Origin: Chloroflexia bacterium
Lineage (GTDB): Bacteria > Chloroflexota > Chloroflexia > Thermomicrobiales > CFX8
Direction: 5' to 3'
Length of the DNA: 64,000 nt
Assembly (NCBI GenBank): GCA_030431755.1
Contig: JAUIIK010000001.1
Span: 42,184-106,183, forward strand
The notes under the pieces are model-generated. The model ran no database searches. It was not told the DNA's origin and saw nothing but the letters and a program-made list of their open reading frames with translations. Shown here one piece after another: positions 35,197 to 47,432 of the stretch (the stretch's first letter is position 1; the number at the start of each line of letters is the position of its first letter). The translations under genes were made by a program, and so were the position numbers.

Positions 35197-36175
35197 AGCG
35201 TGCCAATACAGGGAGCGTCATCGCAGACATCGCCGCTTGCTGCCAGCGTGGCATCTGCTCCCGCCAGGCGTCGTCGGTGCGGATGACCGCTCGACCGGAA
35301 CTGAACCTGTTCGGGTTCCCGCCAATCGTGTGGTCGATTCCGAACTCGACGCCGCGGCCCGTTTCATCCCAGGGTGGTCGGGACCAATCGGCCTCGAATG
35401 CCCCGGCGAGCTGCTCGACCGTCCCGGCTGGGTCAGCCGTCAGATCCTCGTAGCGCAGCACCACGTGGCGGTCAAAGCGACGCATGGCCAGCGCCAGGAG
35501 CGTGTGCATGCTGTTCCACTCGAACGCCGATTTCGCGAGGCTGTAGCGCTCCATGTAGCGCTCCTCCCAGTGCACCTCGGGCCGTAGCTTCTTGCGCTGC
35601 CAGGAGTATGCCGTCGCCCGGCTGTCGCGCACGAGCTGAATCCCGTCGATCTTGAGCTCGTCGACCTCGCCAAGCATAAAGGCATAGGAGGCGAGCTTCG
35701 ACGAATCGACGATCAGCGACGCGCCGGACACATCGCGTATGGCCCGGTAGAGCCGCCCGAGAATGCGCTGATAGCGTTCCAGCCGGCGCGCATAGGCCGG
35801 CGGCCGCAGATGCGGGAAGACCAGGTAGGGCAGATACTTGCGATCCTGGACCGAGTTCCAGAGCCGCATCATCTTGTCCGTCTCGACCTTCTCGAAGCCG
35901 CCGAAGGCCGTGTCGAAGACCTCGGTCCAGAATGGGCAGCTACGGATCGGCACGCCGCAGCCGCAGAGCTGGTTCTCCTGCAGCCCGACCCGCCAGATAT
36001 GCCAGACCTCGCCGACCGCGAGGTGATCGTCGATCGTCGCCAGCAGGCGATTGAACATCGTGCTGCCGCTGCGGGTATACCCGCCGATGTAGAGCATGTG
36101 GACTGGTTCGACCACGCTAACCCGCCCATTCGTGGACAAGCTCGTCGCTGCCGGTGTCTCAAGCATCCCAGTCAT
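35177..36175 (-). CDS. Sulfotransferase family protein
   Basis: 5'-PSB-type P-loop LYIGGYTRSGSTMFNRLL near the N-terminus. A later VRDSRATAYSW segment is consistent with a 3'-PB region. 332 aa. Confidence 0.8.
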   Translation of the reverse strand: MTGMLETPAATSLSTNGRVSVVEPVHMLYIGGYTRSGSTMFNRLLATIDDHLAVGEVWHIWRVGLQENQLCGCGVPIRSCPFWTEVFDTAFGGFEKVETDKMMRLWNSVQDRKYLPYLVFPHLRPPAYARRLERYQRILGRLYRAIRDVSGASLIVDSSKLASYAFMLGEVDELKIDGIQLVRDSRATAYSWQRKKLRPEVHWEERYMERYSLAKSAFEWNSMHTLLALAMRRFDRHVVLRYEDLTADPAGTVEQLAGAFEADWSRPPWDETGRGVEFGIDHTIGGNPNRFSSGRAVIRTDDAWREQMPRWQQAAMSAMTLPVLARYGYLSS

Positions 36176-37046
36176 AGTCAGTCCCCAACATTCGGTAGAG
36201 ACGCTGGTTGGCGTCTCGAAAGCGCTCCGCGAGTAGCTCCCGCCGCTCCGGTTTCAACTTCGGATACTTGTATGATTTGTGCCCGTGGTATGGCTCCGGT
36301 TGCCAGTCGTCCAGCTCCAGGAAGGCCGCGACCCGCCGCAGCGAGCCAGCGGGATCGCGGAAGAACGCCTCCGACTGGAGCACCAGCAGCTGGTCGTCGC
36401 CGAAGTGCTCCGTCCACCACGGGAGTTGGTCGGCGTAGTAGCCGCGTGAGAGATATGAGAAGTGGTTGCGGGCGAAGCTGAAGTAGCCAGGGTCCGCCAG
36501 CACCTTCTTGGTCTCGCCAGCCAGGCGCTCCGGCTCGCGCTCAAACGCCTCTGATACCGGCAGCGACTCGAAACCCAGCCGGACCTCGTGGTGATAGTGC
36601 GAGAGTGCCCGGTCAATCGGGTTCCGCAGCAGCGCGATCAGCTTGACGCCGGGTAGTTCACGGGCAATTCTGGCGGGCGCATGCGGGTAATAGATGTAGC
36701 CGCTGGCTTCGCCGCTAATGATCCCGGCTTCTCGCGCGTCGTCGGGAAAGTTGGCCCGGTACCAGTCAAGACCTTTCCCGTAACGGCGGTGGAAGTAGTG
36801 GATCTCGCCGTCGTTCAACGACTCGAACAGACAGGCCTTGACCTGCGGGTGCTCGATCAGGCGATCGTAGAGATAGGTCGTCCCGCACTTCTGGCCGCCG
36901 ATGACGATGAACGCCGGCGCGGTACCGGTCTTACCCGCCGCCATCCGCGCGGAGAGCGCCGCATCCAGCACCGTCTCACGCTGGCGCAGGATGCCTCGCT
37001 TGACTCCGGGCGGAAGCGTCCGGACGGCGATCTCGCGAATCTGCAC
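36159..37046 (-). CDS. Sulfotransferase (Sulfotransfer_1-like)
   Basis: 5'-PSB motif FIVIGGQKCGTTYLYDRL and 3'-PB motif LIALLRNPIDRALSHY. GTG start 17 nt after the sat-cysC stop. Confidence 0.85.
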   Translation of the reverse strand: MQIREIAVRTLPPGVKRGILRQRETVLDAALSARMAAGKTGTAPAFIVIGGQKCGTTYLYDRLIEHPQVKACLFESLNDGEIHYFHRRYGKGLDWYRANFPDDAREAGIISGEASGYIYYPHAPARIARELPGVKLIALLRNPIDRALSHYHHEVRLGFESLPVSEAFEREPERLAGETKKVLADPGYFSFARNHFSYLSRGYYADQLPWWTEHFGDDQLLVLQSEAFFRDPAGSLRRVAAFLELDDWQPEPYHGHKSYKYPKLKPERRELLAERFRDANQRLYRMLGTDYDWDA

Positions 37047-37063
37047 GTCGTCCTCGCCCTCGC

Positions 37064-39968
<2,905 letters not shown>

Positions 39969-39969
<1 letters not shown>

Positions 39970-40829
39970 CAACCAGTCCCGAGGTCGGACTCGAAGGCGG
40001 GCGACGTGCTCTGTGCAAGCCGCACCGCCTCTGGGCCACGGCGCAGCCGCCGCGCTTGTGAGCGGAGCAAGGCGTTGATCTCGCCCATTACCCGGTTCCG
40101 GTCATCCAGCTCGGAATGCTCCGGAATCGGCGTATGGCGCTCGTGCCAGATCGTGCGCAGCACGCGCAAGCCGTCGGGAATCGTCTTGAGACGGCCCTCG
40201 CCATAGACCCGCTTCGCTTCAAAGCTCGGCACCTCAGCGATTTGCAGCCCGGCACGGAGCGCTCGGACGTTCATCATCGTCTCGATTTCGAAGCCATCGC
40301 CGTTGAGTTGCAGCAGATGCGTTGTCGAGGTCCAGAAGGCGTTGTAGCCGTAGCAGAGATCGGAGAAGCGCCCGCCATAGAGCAACCGCACAAAGTAGAC
40401 GAAGGCGAGGTTTCCGAACTGCCGGTAGCGCGGCATGTCCGCCGTACCGCCGCCGTGCAGGAAGCGCGAGCCTTTGGCGAAGTCCGCGCCGGCCAGCAAC
40501 GCGCCGACATACTGCGGGATCTCGCGCGGATCGGTCGAGCCGTCGGCGTCGAGCATCACGATGATGTCGCCGGTGACAGCCTCGAAGCCCGCCCGCAGCG
40601 CGTCGCCCTTGCCTTTGCCGGGTTGTTGGACTACACGGATGTCGGGTAGGAGCTGCCTTGCGACGGAGATCGTATCGTCGACTGAATGGCCGTCGATCAG
40701 AATGACTTCATGAACGCCGTCGGGAATGTGTGGCAGGACGTAAGGCAGGTTCTCAGCTTCGTTGAGCGCCGGGATAACGACACTTACGCGGCATCGTGGT
40801 GGCCAGATGCCGGTCTCATACGCGGCCAT
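39969..40829 (-). CDS. Glycosyltransferase family 2 (polyprenol-phosphate glycosyltransferase-like)
   Basis: VSVVIPALNEAENLPYVL..VHEVILIDGHSVDDT and MLDADGS motifs. ATG 40829 is preceded by AAGGAAG, so it is preferred over 40880. Confidence 0.8.
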
Positions 40830-40961
40830 GCGCGCTTCCTTTCCCCTTGACCGTGGCAGCGAGCAATGGGGCTCCCACATACCAACTTGCTCGCCATGCA
40901 GACCGATCAGTGCGAGGCAAGCGTTGAACCCAGACCCCTGTCCTTGCCCCAGATGGTCAGT

Positions 40962-40990
40962 AACTTACGATTAAGAAGATACAGTGTCAA
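40962..40990 (-). promoter_or_regulatory. Sigma-70-like promoter candidate for the glycan operon: TTGACA-N17-TAAGTT
   Basis: The minus strand reads cccTTGACActgtatcttcttaatcgTAAGTTa. It lies in the lower-GC spacer about 130 nt upstream of the first operon start. Confidence 0.45.
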
Positions 40991-41100
40991 GGGATAGTAG
41001 CTAGCGTCAGGTTATATTTGCGAACAGCTAACGACAGGCTAATACGCGCGTAATCCGTGGCGGCGCCGCACATGAACGGGGACTGTGCCAGGCATACGAA

Positions 41101-41130
41101 AGCGACCCGCGACGTTACGCGCGGGTCGCT
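41101..41130 (-). terminator. Intrinsic terminator-like hairpin downstream of the beta-helix gene
   Basis: AGCGACCCGCG / CGCGGGTCGCT 11-bp stem, followed on the minus strand by TTCGTAT. Lies 39 nt after the stop at 41169. Confidence 0.5.
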
Positions 41131-41168
41131 GTGTCTCGGAACGAAGTAGAGCGGAAGCGGCTCTGCCG

Positions 41169-43244
41169 CTAGTCGAAGACCACGATGGCGTCGAGGTCGA
41201 CGCGCTTCGACGAAGAGTTCTGATTCTTCGCGCCGAGCACCTTGATCTCCAGCGTGTGCGTGAAGTTGGGATCCAGGCCATCGGCGGTGAAGGCCACACG
41301 CCGGGACATCGCGCCGCCATTGACATAAAGGTCAACGGTCTGCATCTTTACGCCGTCGAGCCAGACTTCCGCTTTGCCGCGGTTGTTGCCTCGCACGGAG
41401 ATCCAGCTCACGCTGGTTCCGGTGAAGGTGAAGGTCACATTTGATCCCTTGGCGCTGGCGTGCTTGAGCGCGCCACCATATGCGCCGCTCATGGATGCCG
41501 TCGTCCAGCTACCGCTGTAGGGGATCGAGCTCGAGCTTTCCTCGTAGAGTCTGATCGAGAATGTCTCGCCGGTAGACCAATCGCTCACCGCGCCGAGATT
41601 GTCGGTTGCCCGGACACGCAGCTGGTAGTCATGCCAGGGCGGCAGGTTCAAGGCGGTCGATTGATTCTCGGCGCCGCTGGCGATCGTCTTGACCGTCACG
41701 AACGCGCCGCCGTCGGTGCTCAGCTGGAGTTCGTGAAGGCTGACGCCATCGCTGTCGCTGCCCGACCAGGCAACCGGCACCGGCACAGCGCTCGGCGTCA
41801 GCCGGAAGACCGGCGGAGCATAGGTTGGCGCGCTAACCGTGGGCGGCTCGTTGATCGTCGCGCCCGGTCCGTCGCGCTCGTCGACGCCGATCTCCATCGC
41901 CGCGGCGCCGGGGGCGGCGTCGCCGTCGAGGTCCTCGGTGTAACCCTCGCCGGCAGGCTCGTTCGTGCCCCGGTCGATGACCGGGCTATTGCCGCTGACG
42001 TGGAAGTCTTTGCCGGCCGGATTGACGAAGTGCGGGTCGGCGATGATCGAGGTTGGACTGATCTCCCAGTTCTGAATGAAGTTGTTCGGAAGTGGAAGCC
42101 CGCCGGGATGCCAGTAGAGATTGTGTGTCTCATTGATCGTGTTGCCGGAGTTGACGTAGATCGCCTTGTCCGACGCGACGATGATGTTGTTCTTCATCTC
42201 CAACACCTGGTTGGAGCAGGACATGCAGACGACGCCCTGGCCATCGTTGCCGATGTTGTAGACGACGTTGTTGTAGAGCGATGTGCGCCAGACCGGGCCG
42301 TGCGGTTCGCCCGCGCCCCGCGTTACGACGAAGCGGCTACGCTCCTCGTTGTTCGAGTGGACGTTGTAGGCAAACGTATTGTCCGCCGACGTGATCGACG
42401 AGCTGCTACCCATCTCAACGAAGATGCGATCATACGAAACATTGTGATGCACGTTCGAGTTCGTCGCATTGAAGAGCTCGATCGAGATGCTGGATGTGTA
42501 CTGGCCAATGCCGCCATCCGGGGCTTTCGTGCAGAGGCTGTTGTTGTTGGCGAATGTGTTCCAGGCGACCTCGTTGGCATTGCCATGGAGATTCACCCCC
42601 AGGCCGCCGAGCGGGTCCCCGGGCTCGTTGCGCCAGAGGCCGACATTATCGCGAATCTCATTGCGAAAGATGACATTGTGGTGCGAGTTGTCGGACATGC
42701 CGAAACCCATGCTGTGATTCGAGGTCTTCGAGTGGCGAACCGTGTTGTGGTGTGCCGCGCCATCGAACTGGAAGCCAATCTTCCAGCCCACCGGCTGATT
42801 CAGGCAGCTGCCATCCAGCTCGTAGGCCGTCATGTCATGGCGCGTCTGCAGGTACTGGACGATGATGTAGGAGCCGGAGATCTTGACGTTGGCGTTCGGC
42901 GCGTTCTTGATCATCGGGCGGTCGCCCGAGCCATAGGCGCTGATCATGATCGGGTTGGCCGACGTTCCATGCCAGCTCGCCTTGAGCGGACCGTCCCAGC
43001 TGCAACCGCGTTTGAGCAGCAGCTGGTCGCCGGCTGAGAGGGTAGCGCTGTTGACGGGGTCGAGCGACTTCCAGGCGTTGCTCGATGAGGTTCCGCTGGC
43101 GCCGTCATTGCCGGCCACACAGTCAACATAATACTTGGTGCCGCCTGCGGCCAGAGCCTGTTGGGTGAGTCCTGGCGTGATGGCGGCGAAGCCGGATACG
43201 ACTACAGCGCACGCCAGGAGAAGACAAGTGAACTTGCGGGGCAC
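41169..43244 (-). CDS. Secreted right-handed beta-helix protein with Ig-like and C-terminal carbohydrate-binding-like domains (glycan lyase/hydrolase or surface-protein candidate)
   Basis: GTG 43244 is preceded by GGGAG and gives the signal peptide VPRKFTCLLLACAVVVSGFAAITPGLTQQALA. GTKYYVD..GNDGASGTS..WKSL entry motif, then N/H-rich beta-helix repeats. C-terminal beta-sandwich (YSGSWTTASMSGAYGGALKHA..VDLDAIVVFD). Confidence 0.75.
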   Translation of the reverse strand: MPRKFTCLLLACAVVVSGFAAITPGLTQQALAAGGTKYYVDCVAGNDGASGTSSSNAWKSLDPVNSATLSAGDQLLLKRGCSWDGPLKASWHGTSANPIMISAYGSGDRPMIKNAPNANVKISGSYIIVQYLQTRHDMTAYELDGSCLNQPVGWKIGFQFDGAAHHNTVRHSKTSNHSMGFGMSDNSHHNVIFRNEIRDNVGLWRNEPGDPLGGLGVNLHGNANEVAWNTFANNNSLCTKAPDGGIGQYTSSISIELFNATNSNVHHNVSYDRIFVEMGSSSSITSADNTFAYNVHSNNEERSRFVVTRGAGEPHGPVWRTSLYNNVVYNIGNDGQGVVCMSCSNQVLEMKNNIIVASDKAIYVNSGNTINETHNLYWHPGGLPLPNNFIQNWEISPTSIIADPHFVNPAGKDFHVSGNSPVIDRGTNEPAGEGYTEDLDGDAAPGAAAMEIGVDERDGPGATINEPPTVSAPTYAPPVFRLTPSAVPVPVAWSGSDSDGVSLHELQLSTDGGAFVTVKTIASGAENQSTALNLPPWHDYQLRVRATDNLGAVSDWSTGETFSIRLYEESSSSIPYSGSWTTASMSGAYGGALKHASAKGSNVTFTFTGTSVSWISVRGNNRGKAEVWLDGVKMQTVDLYVNGGAMSRRVAFTADGLDPNFTHTLEIKVLGAKNQNSSSKRVDLDAIVVFD

Positions 43245-43782
43245 GATGGATACTCCCTTGCAGTTTCGCGATCCCCATACATCACCATGCTCCCATCGGG
43301 GAGCTTGCGGTGGCAGGCCCCGATAGGTTGTCTCAGGCCCCGACAAGCGGCCTAGGACCACCCAGACCAACGGTCTAGGAGGGCTCGCAAACTACGGGGT
43401 CGACGCTGCTTCGGGATCGGGAATAGGCCGGCAGCCTGTGCCGCGGAGTGGCTCTCGTGCGGGCATGGAAAGAGCCGCGTACACGGTCTCTGTTGACAAC
43501 CGAGGCGGTGCTAGTTTGCCCGGGAATATCTCATATACACGCCGAAAAGCAGCATCAACGCCCCAACGACTCCGACTGCGAAACCTGGCATCCGGCATCC
43601 CGCTACGCCGCCGCCGATGCGGAGCGCAACGAACCGTCAAACCCGGTCAGCACGTGATTACCGCCTACCGACCGTCGAGCGGTAGGCTAGCCACTACCAT
43701 ACACTAACCCAATGCGATAAAACTAATCATTAGTATGTTAATAATTACTAGCAACCAGCGCTCGTATCCATTTCATAGCCAC

Positions 43783-45084
43783 TCACGCTCTCTGTTCAGA
43801 GAAGCTGCGCATCGTCCGGATGGGTGCATGTCCCACCCACAGGGTAGAAAGCAGCATCCCCAGAGCTCCAATGGCCAGCGTCGGACGCAGCCCGATGGCC
43901 GTTCCCAAGACGCCGCCCAGCAGCCCGCCAATGGGGATTGTTCCCCAGATGATGAAGCGCATCGAGGCGTTCATCCGGCCAAGCAGTCTATCTGACGTAA
44001 GCATCTGCCTCAGGCTCACCTGGTTGATGTTGTAGATGGTCGAACCAAATCCCAAGAGCATCCGTGACACCATCAGGATCAAGGTCAGGGCAACCAATGA
44101 ACCCGAGGCGATCGGAATCAACGCAACACCGACGCCGGCAATCAACCTGCCGGCAATGATCGTCCGGCCAATCCCAAACCTCTCCGTCATCGGTGCTGCC
44201 AGCACTGAAGCCGAGAGTGCGCCGATGCTCCCGATCGCGAAGATAAGCCCCAGTAGCCCGCCACCAATGTCCAGCGTGCGTGTCGCATACAGTACGAAGA
44301 CTGCCAGAATCAGTGCTCGCGAGAGATTCGCCGTGGCAGTACACCCAGCGAGCGAGCGTAGCAACGAGTTCCCGAGCACGGTTTGCAGACCCTCGCGAAT
44401 GTCCGGCCAGATACTCCGCCGCGAGGGTGTCTCCGTGGGAGCCGCTTCAGGCGTGCGGATCGAGCGCAGCAACAGCGCCGAAATCAGGAAGGTCACGGCA
44501 TCGACAACCAGCGCAAACGGCGCGCTGGCGATCTGTACCAACCCGCCCGCCAGCCCCGGCCCGGCAAACTGGGCGATCGAGCGACTGGCAGTGAGTCTGC
44601 CGTTGGCGTCTGGGAGCTGGGCACGGCCAACGAGGGATGGGAGATAGGACTGATAGGCGACATCGAAGAACACGCGAAACAGCCCAGCGAGAAAGACGAT
44701 GATCAGGAGGTGCGTGATCTGCAGCCTATCGAGGAATGCCAGTATCGGAATGACGAGCAGCAGTGCGAAGCGAGTGAGATCGGAAACGACCAGGATCGGT
44801 CGCCGGCGGAAACGGTCGGCCCACACACCCGCAAACAGCCCGACGAGCAAGGCCGGTGCCTGGCCGGCGAAGGTCAGAAAGCCCATCTCCAGGGCTGTTG
44901 CATCCAGCGTCAATGCCGCAACGAGCGGGATCGCCAGCAAGGATATCTCTGAGCCAAACTGCGAGGCGGACTGCGCGGCCCAAAACCTGAGGAAGTCGGT
45001 ATGTCGCCAGAGGTTGCCGCCAGCGATCTGCACGCGGGACGAATCACACGGTGCAGCATCATCCCGTGGCCCTGCGCCGGACAT
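43783..45084 (-). CDS. MFS transporter
   Basis: 433 aa, 12 TM segments, N-terminus FLRFWAAQSASQFGSEISLLAIPL typical of an MFS subfamily. Confidence 0.85.
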   Translation of the reverse strand: MSGAGPRDDAAPCDSSRVQIAGGNLWRHTDFLRFWAAQSASQFGSEISLLAIPLVAALTLDATALEMGFLTFAGQAPALLVGLFAGVWADRFRRRPILVVSDLTRFALLLVIPILAFLDRLQITHLLIIVFLAGLFRVFFDVAYQSYLPSLVGRAQLPDANGRLTASRSIAQFAGPGLAGGLVQIASAPFALVVDAVTFLISALLLRSIRTPEAAPTETPSRRSIWPDIREGLQTVLGNSLLRSLAGCTATANLSRALILAVFVLYATRTLDIGGGLLGLIFAIGSIGALSASVLAAPMTERFGIGRTIIAGRLIAGVGVALIPIASGSLVALTLILMVSRMLLGFGSTIYNINQVSLRQMLTSDRLLGRMNASMRFIIWGTIPIGGLLGGVLGTAIGLRPTLAIGALGMLLSTLWVGHAPIRTMRSFSEQRA

Positions 45085-45086
45085 AC

Positions 45087-45869
45087 CTAGAAGGTCACAT
45101 CACGATTGACGTCCTTGTAGAGCAGGTAGGCAGCCTCTTCCCAGCCGGTGCAGAAGCAGAACTGCGGGCAGTAGTGATTCATCCAGATGAAATCGTGAGC
45201 TTGCACTTCGTGGAGGTCGCCGGCCAGCTGGTAGAGCATCTGGCCCTCGAGCATGTAAAGACCGTGCTCCATGATATGCGTTTCGACGTAAGGGAAGTAG
45301 ACGCCCGGTTCGAAGCCGAGGATGTTCATCTGCATGTCGAATGCGATGTCATCAATCGGCAGCAGATACTGCCAGTAACGGCCGACAGTGTCATGGCGAC
45401 TACGCTCGACATTGTCCCGGTGGCCGATCAGCGCGTCCGGCGTCGGCAGGTCGATTGCCGCATAGGGGCGCTTGATCCACAGCAGGCGGCTCTCCTCGTC
45501 GCTGTCGCTCCGGATGTCGTATGTGTGACCGGCGGGGACATACGCGTAGCCGTGGGGCGTCAGGTGGTGAGACTGACCGTCGATGCTGATCGAGACAGCG
45601 CCGCTGACCAGGTAGAAGAAATGCTCCAGGCCATCGTTGCGGGCTGCGGTCGTGCCGCCGCCGGATTCGATCTCGAGCGCTGCCTGGGCGAAATGCGCAC
45701 CCATCTCAGGCGATGTCTGAAATCGGACGACCGTCTTTTCGAAGCCTGGTAGGCGGCTCGTCAAGATGCCTTCCGGCGGCATAACGGCATACTGGGGAGT
45801 GACCACCCCCCGGTTGTGCGCGAAGATGTTCGGCGGTAGCGTGGTCAGTTCTGAACGAGTCACAAGCAT
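45087..45869 (-). CDS. Bicupin protein, (S)-ureidoglycine aminohydrolase-like
   Basis: Start at ATG 45869 (MLVTRSELTTLPPNIF..). Two cupin barrels. Resembles the AllE/YlbA family by eye, so the family call is tentative. Confidence 0.6.
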   Translation of the reverse strand: MLVTRSELTTLPPNIFAHNRGVVTPQYAVMPPEGILTSRLPGFEKTVVRFQTSPEMGAHFAQAALEIESGGGTTAARNDGLEHFFYLVSGAVSISIDGQSHHLTPHGYAYVPAGHTYDIRSDSDEESRLLWIKRPYAAIDLPTPDALIGHRDNVERSRHDTVGRYWQYLLPIDDIAFDMQMNILGFEPGVYFPYVETHIMEHGLYMLEGQMLYQLAGDLHEVQAHDFIWMNHYCPQFCFCTGWEEAAYLLYKDVNRDVTF

Positions 45870-45910
45870 GTTCCTTTCATAGCGTTCCCAGAGCCGGAAA
45901 CATCGCGGTG

Positions 45911-47299
45911 CTAGCCGTTGGTTGCGCCGGGCATTCGGATCTCGGCGCAGTCGCCGAGAATGTCGATGCATGTCCCGAACGGCGCTGAAAGCCGCGCAAC
46001 GTCGGACAGTATTTCCCGGGCCTCGTCGCCTGTCGCGAGCGCGGGCCGTCCACGCCTTTGGGGCGCGTCATGCTGGCCGAGAGAAACCGGGAGAAGCTCA
46101 ACGCGGTTCAGGTTGTCCCCTGCGAAGTCGCAGATGGGCACGACCGTCTGCCAGTACCGCCGGTCGGCAACGAAGCCGCCAGCGCCACCCTTGTTACGGC
46201 TCCGTGCCATCTCGGCGGGGGTAGCGGCTGGGTCGAGTCGGAATTTCTCATACGCGTCAGCCGGGTGCTTGTAGATCAGGTCATGCTGATCGATGAAGTT
46301 GCCAAGACTGTAGAAGATCGGCTTGCCGCGATAGATCTCGATTCCGCGGAGCAGATGCGGTCCGTGTCCTGCGATCACATCTGCGCCCTCGTCAATCATG
46401 CGCTGGGAGAACTCCCGGATGAAAGCTGCGGGCTCCTCCTTCGTGTCACCCGGCTCGTGTGCGTGGAGGCTAACGAGGACGAGATCGGCCCGCCGGCGTG
46501 CATCACGGACCCAGGCGGCGAGCTGCTCGACATCGCGCTCATTCAGCACGCGCTCCGTAGCCGGCGTGTCTCCAGCCTTGAAGTGCATGCCTCCGAAGGG
46601 GAAGCGGCCCGGATCGTCTGGCGGGAAGCTGAACCCGAGTTCGATGCCATCCTTCCGGCGCTTTTCGAATCCCAGCTCCTCGGCCATCGTCTGGATAACC
46701 GCCAGCTGATCCGGCTTGATCCGGTACGTTGTCGTGAAGCGCAGTGGGTTGATGCCCGGGCGTCCCTGCATGTCGGGGCGTTGCTCGCCGGCTTGCTGCC
46801 CGCGCTTGAACGTCGAGCAACAGGCGATCAGCGCGACCGCGCCGCGCGGGCTGTCGTAGTAGGCCGGCATGCGTGCCTCGCCGAGATTCCGTCCAACCCC
46901 GGCATATGCAACGCGCCGCTGTTCGAGCGCATCAATCATCGCGAGCAACCCCTCGATGCTGTAGTCCAGGGAATGGTTGGTCGCAGTAGCGAAGAGATCG
47001 AAACCCATCGCGATGAGCTCGTCGAGCACCCAGCTATGCCCGGCCATGTGATCGCCGCCAGTTTCCTGGGCTGGGTAACCCTGGAAGTTGTTGGCCAGCA
47101 CTTCGAGGTTGGTGAAGGTAACGTCCGCGGCACGCAAACGCTCGACCAGGTCTTGCACCGCTTGTTCAGTTGAGCCGGCAATGCCGCCGCGCATGATCGC
47201 GCTGTCGCCGGTCAACGCAATTGACAGGCTTCTCTGATTGTCCTCCAAAATCGCCCTCTTTGCTGCTGCAGTTCTTTGCCCTGTATCACTGGAATACAC
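45911..47299 (-). CDS. CapA/PGA_cap family metallophosphatase-like protein
   Basis: 462 aa with IALTGDSAIMRG, FTNLEVL, ATNHSLDYSIEGL, SLHAHEP and GHGPHLLRGIE motifs characteristic of CapA-type proteins. Confidence 0.8.
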   Translation of the reverse strand: MYSSDTGQRTAAAKRAILEDNQRSLSIALTGDSAIMRGGIAGSTEQAVQDLVERLRAADVTFTNLEVLANNFQGYPAQETGGDHMAGHSWVLDELIAMGFDLFATATNHSLDYSIEGLLAMIDALEQRRVAYAGVGRNLGEARMPAYYDSPRGAVALIACCSTFKRGQQAGEQRPDMQGRPGINPLRFTTTYRIKPDQLAVIQTMAEELGFEKRRKDGIELGFSFPPDDPGRFPFGGMHFKAGDTPATERVLNERDVEQLAAWVRDARRRADLVLVSLHAHEPGDTKEEPAAFIREFSQRMIDEGADVIAGHGPHLLRGIEIYRGKPIFYSLGNFIDQHDLIYKHPADAYEKFRLDPAATPAEMARSRNKGGAGGFVADRRYWQTVVPICDFAGDNLNRVELLPVSLGQHDAPQRRGRPALATGDEAREILSDVARLSAPFGTCIDILGDCAEIRMPGATNG

Positions 47300-47348
47300 T
47301 CGGCACGCGTACGCGCATTGATGACGCAGGCGCGTTCGATATGGCTTC

Positions 47349-47374
47349 CAACTAATATACTAGTTGTCATATGA
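47349..47374. promoter_or_regulatory. Candidate GntR operator(s) in the divergent promoter: CAACTA-ATATAC-TAGTTG and the adjacent perfect palindrome TCATATGA
   Basis: Palindromes read directly in the AT-rich 130-bp spacer between capA-like and gntR. GntR/FadR-type operators are short AT-rich palindromes built around GT..AC. Confidence 0.3.
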
Positions 47375-47432
47375 TAAATGGCAAGCACAGCAAGCGTCAC
47401 CGCACCAATGCGCAGGAAATGAGAACGCACGT

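Noticed and set aside
41460-43037. 525-aa plus-strand ORF opposite the beta-helix gene
   Set aside because: Antisense shadow ORF with an Arg/Val/Asp-rich translation and no motifs. The minus strand encodes a signal peptide and coherent beta-helix repeats.
46058-47173. 371-aa plus-strand ORF opposite the CapA-like gene. The same reasoning applies to 36681-37679, 37901-38806, 25900-26706 and 35810-36481.
   Set aside because: All are antisense to genes with clear family motifs and lack motifs, SD sequences or sensible operon context.
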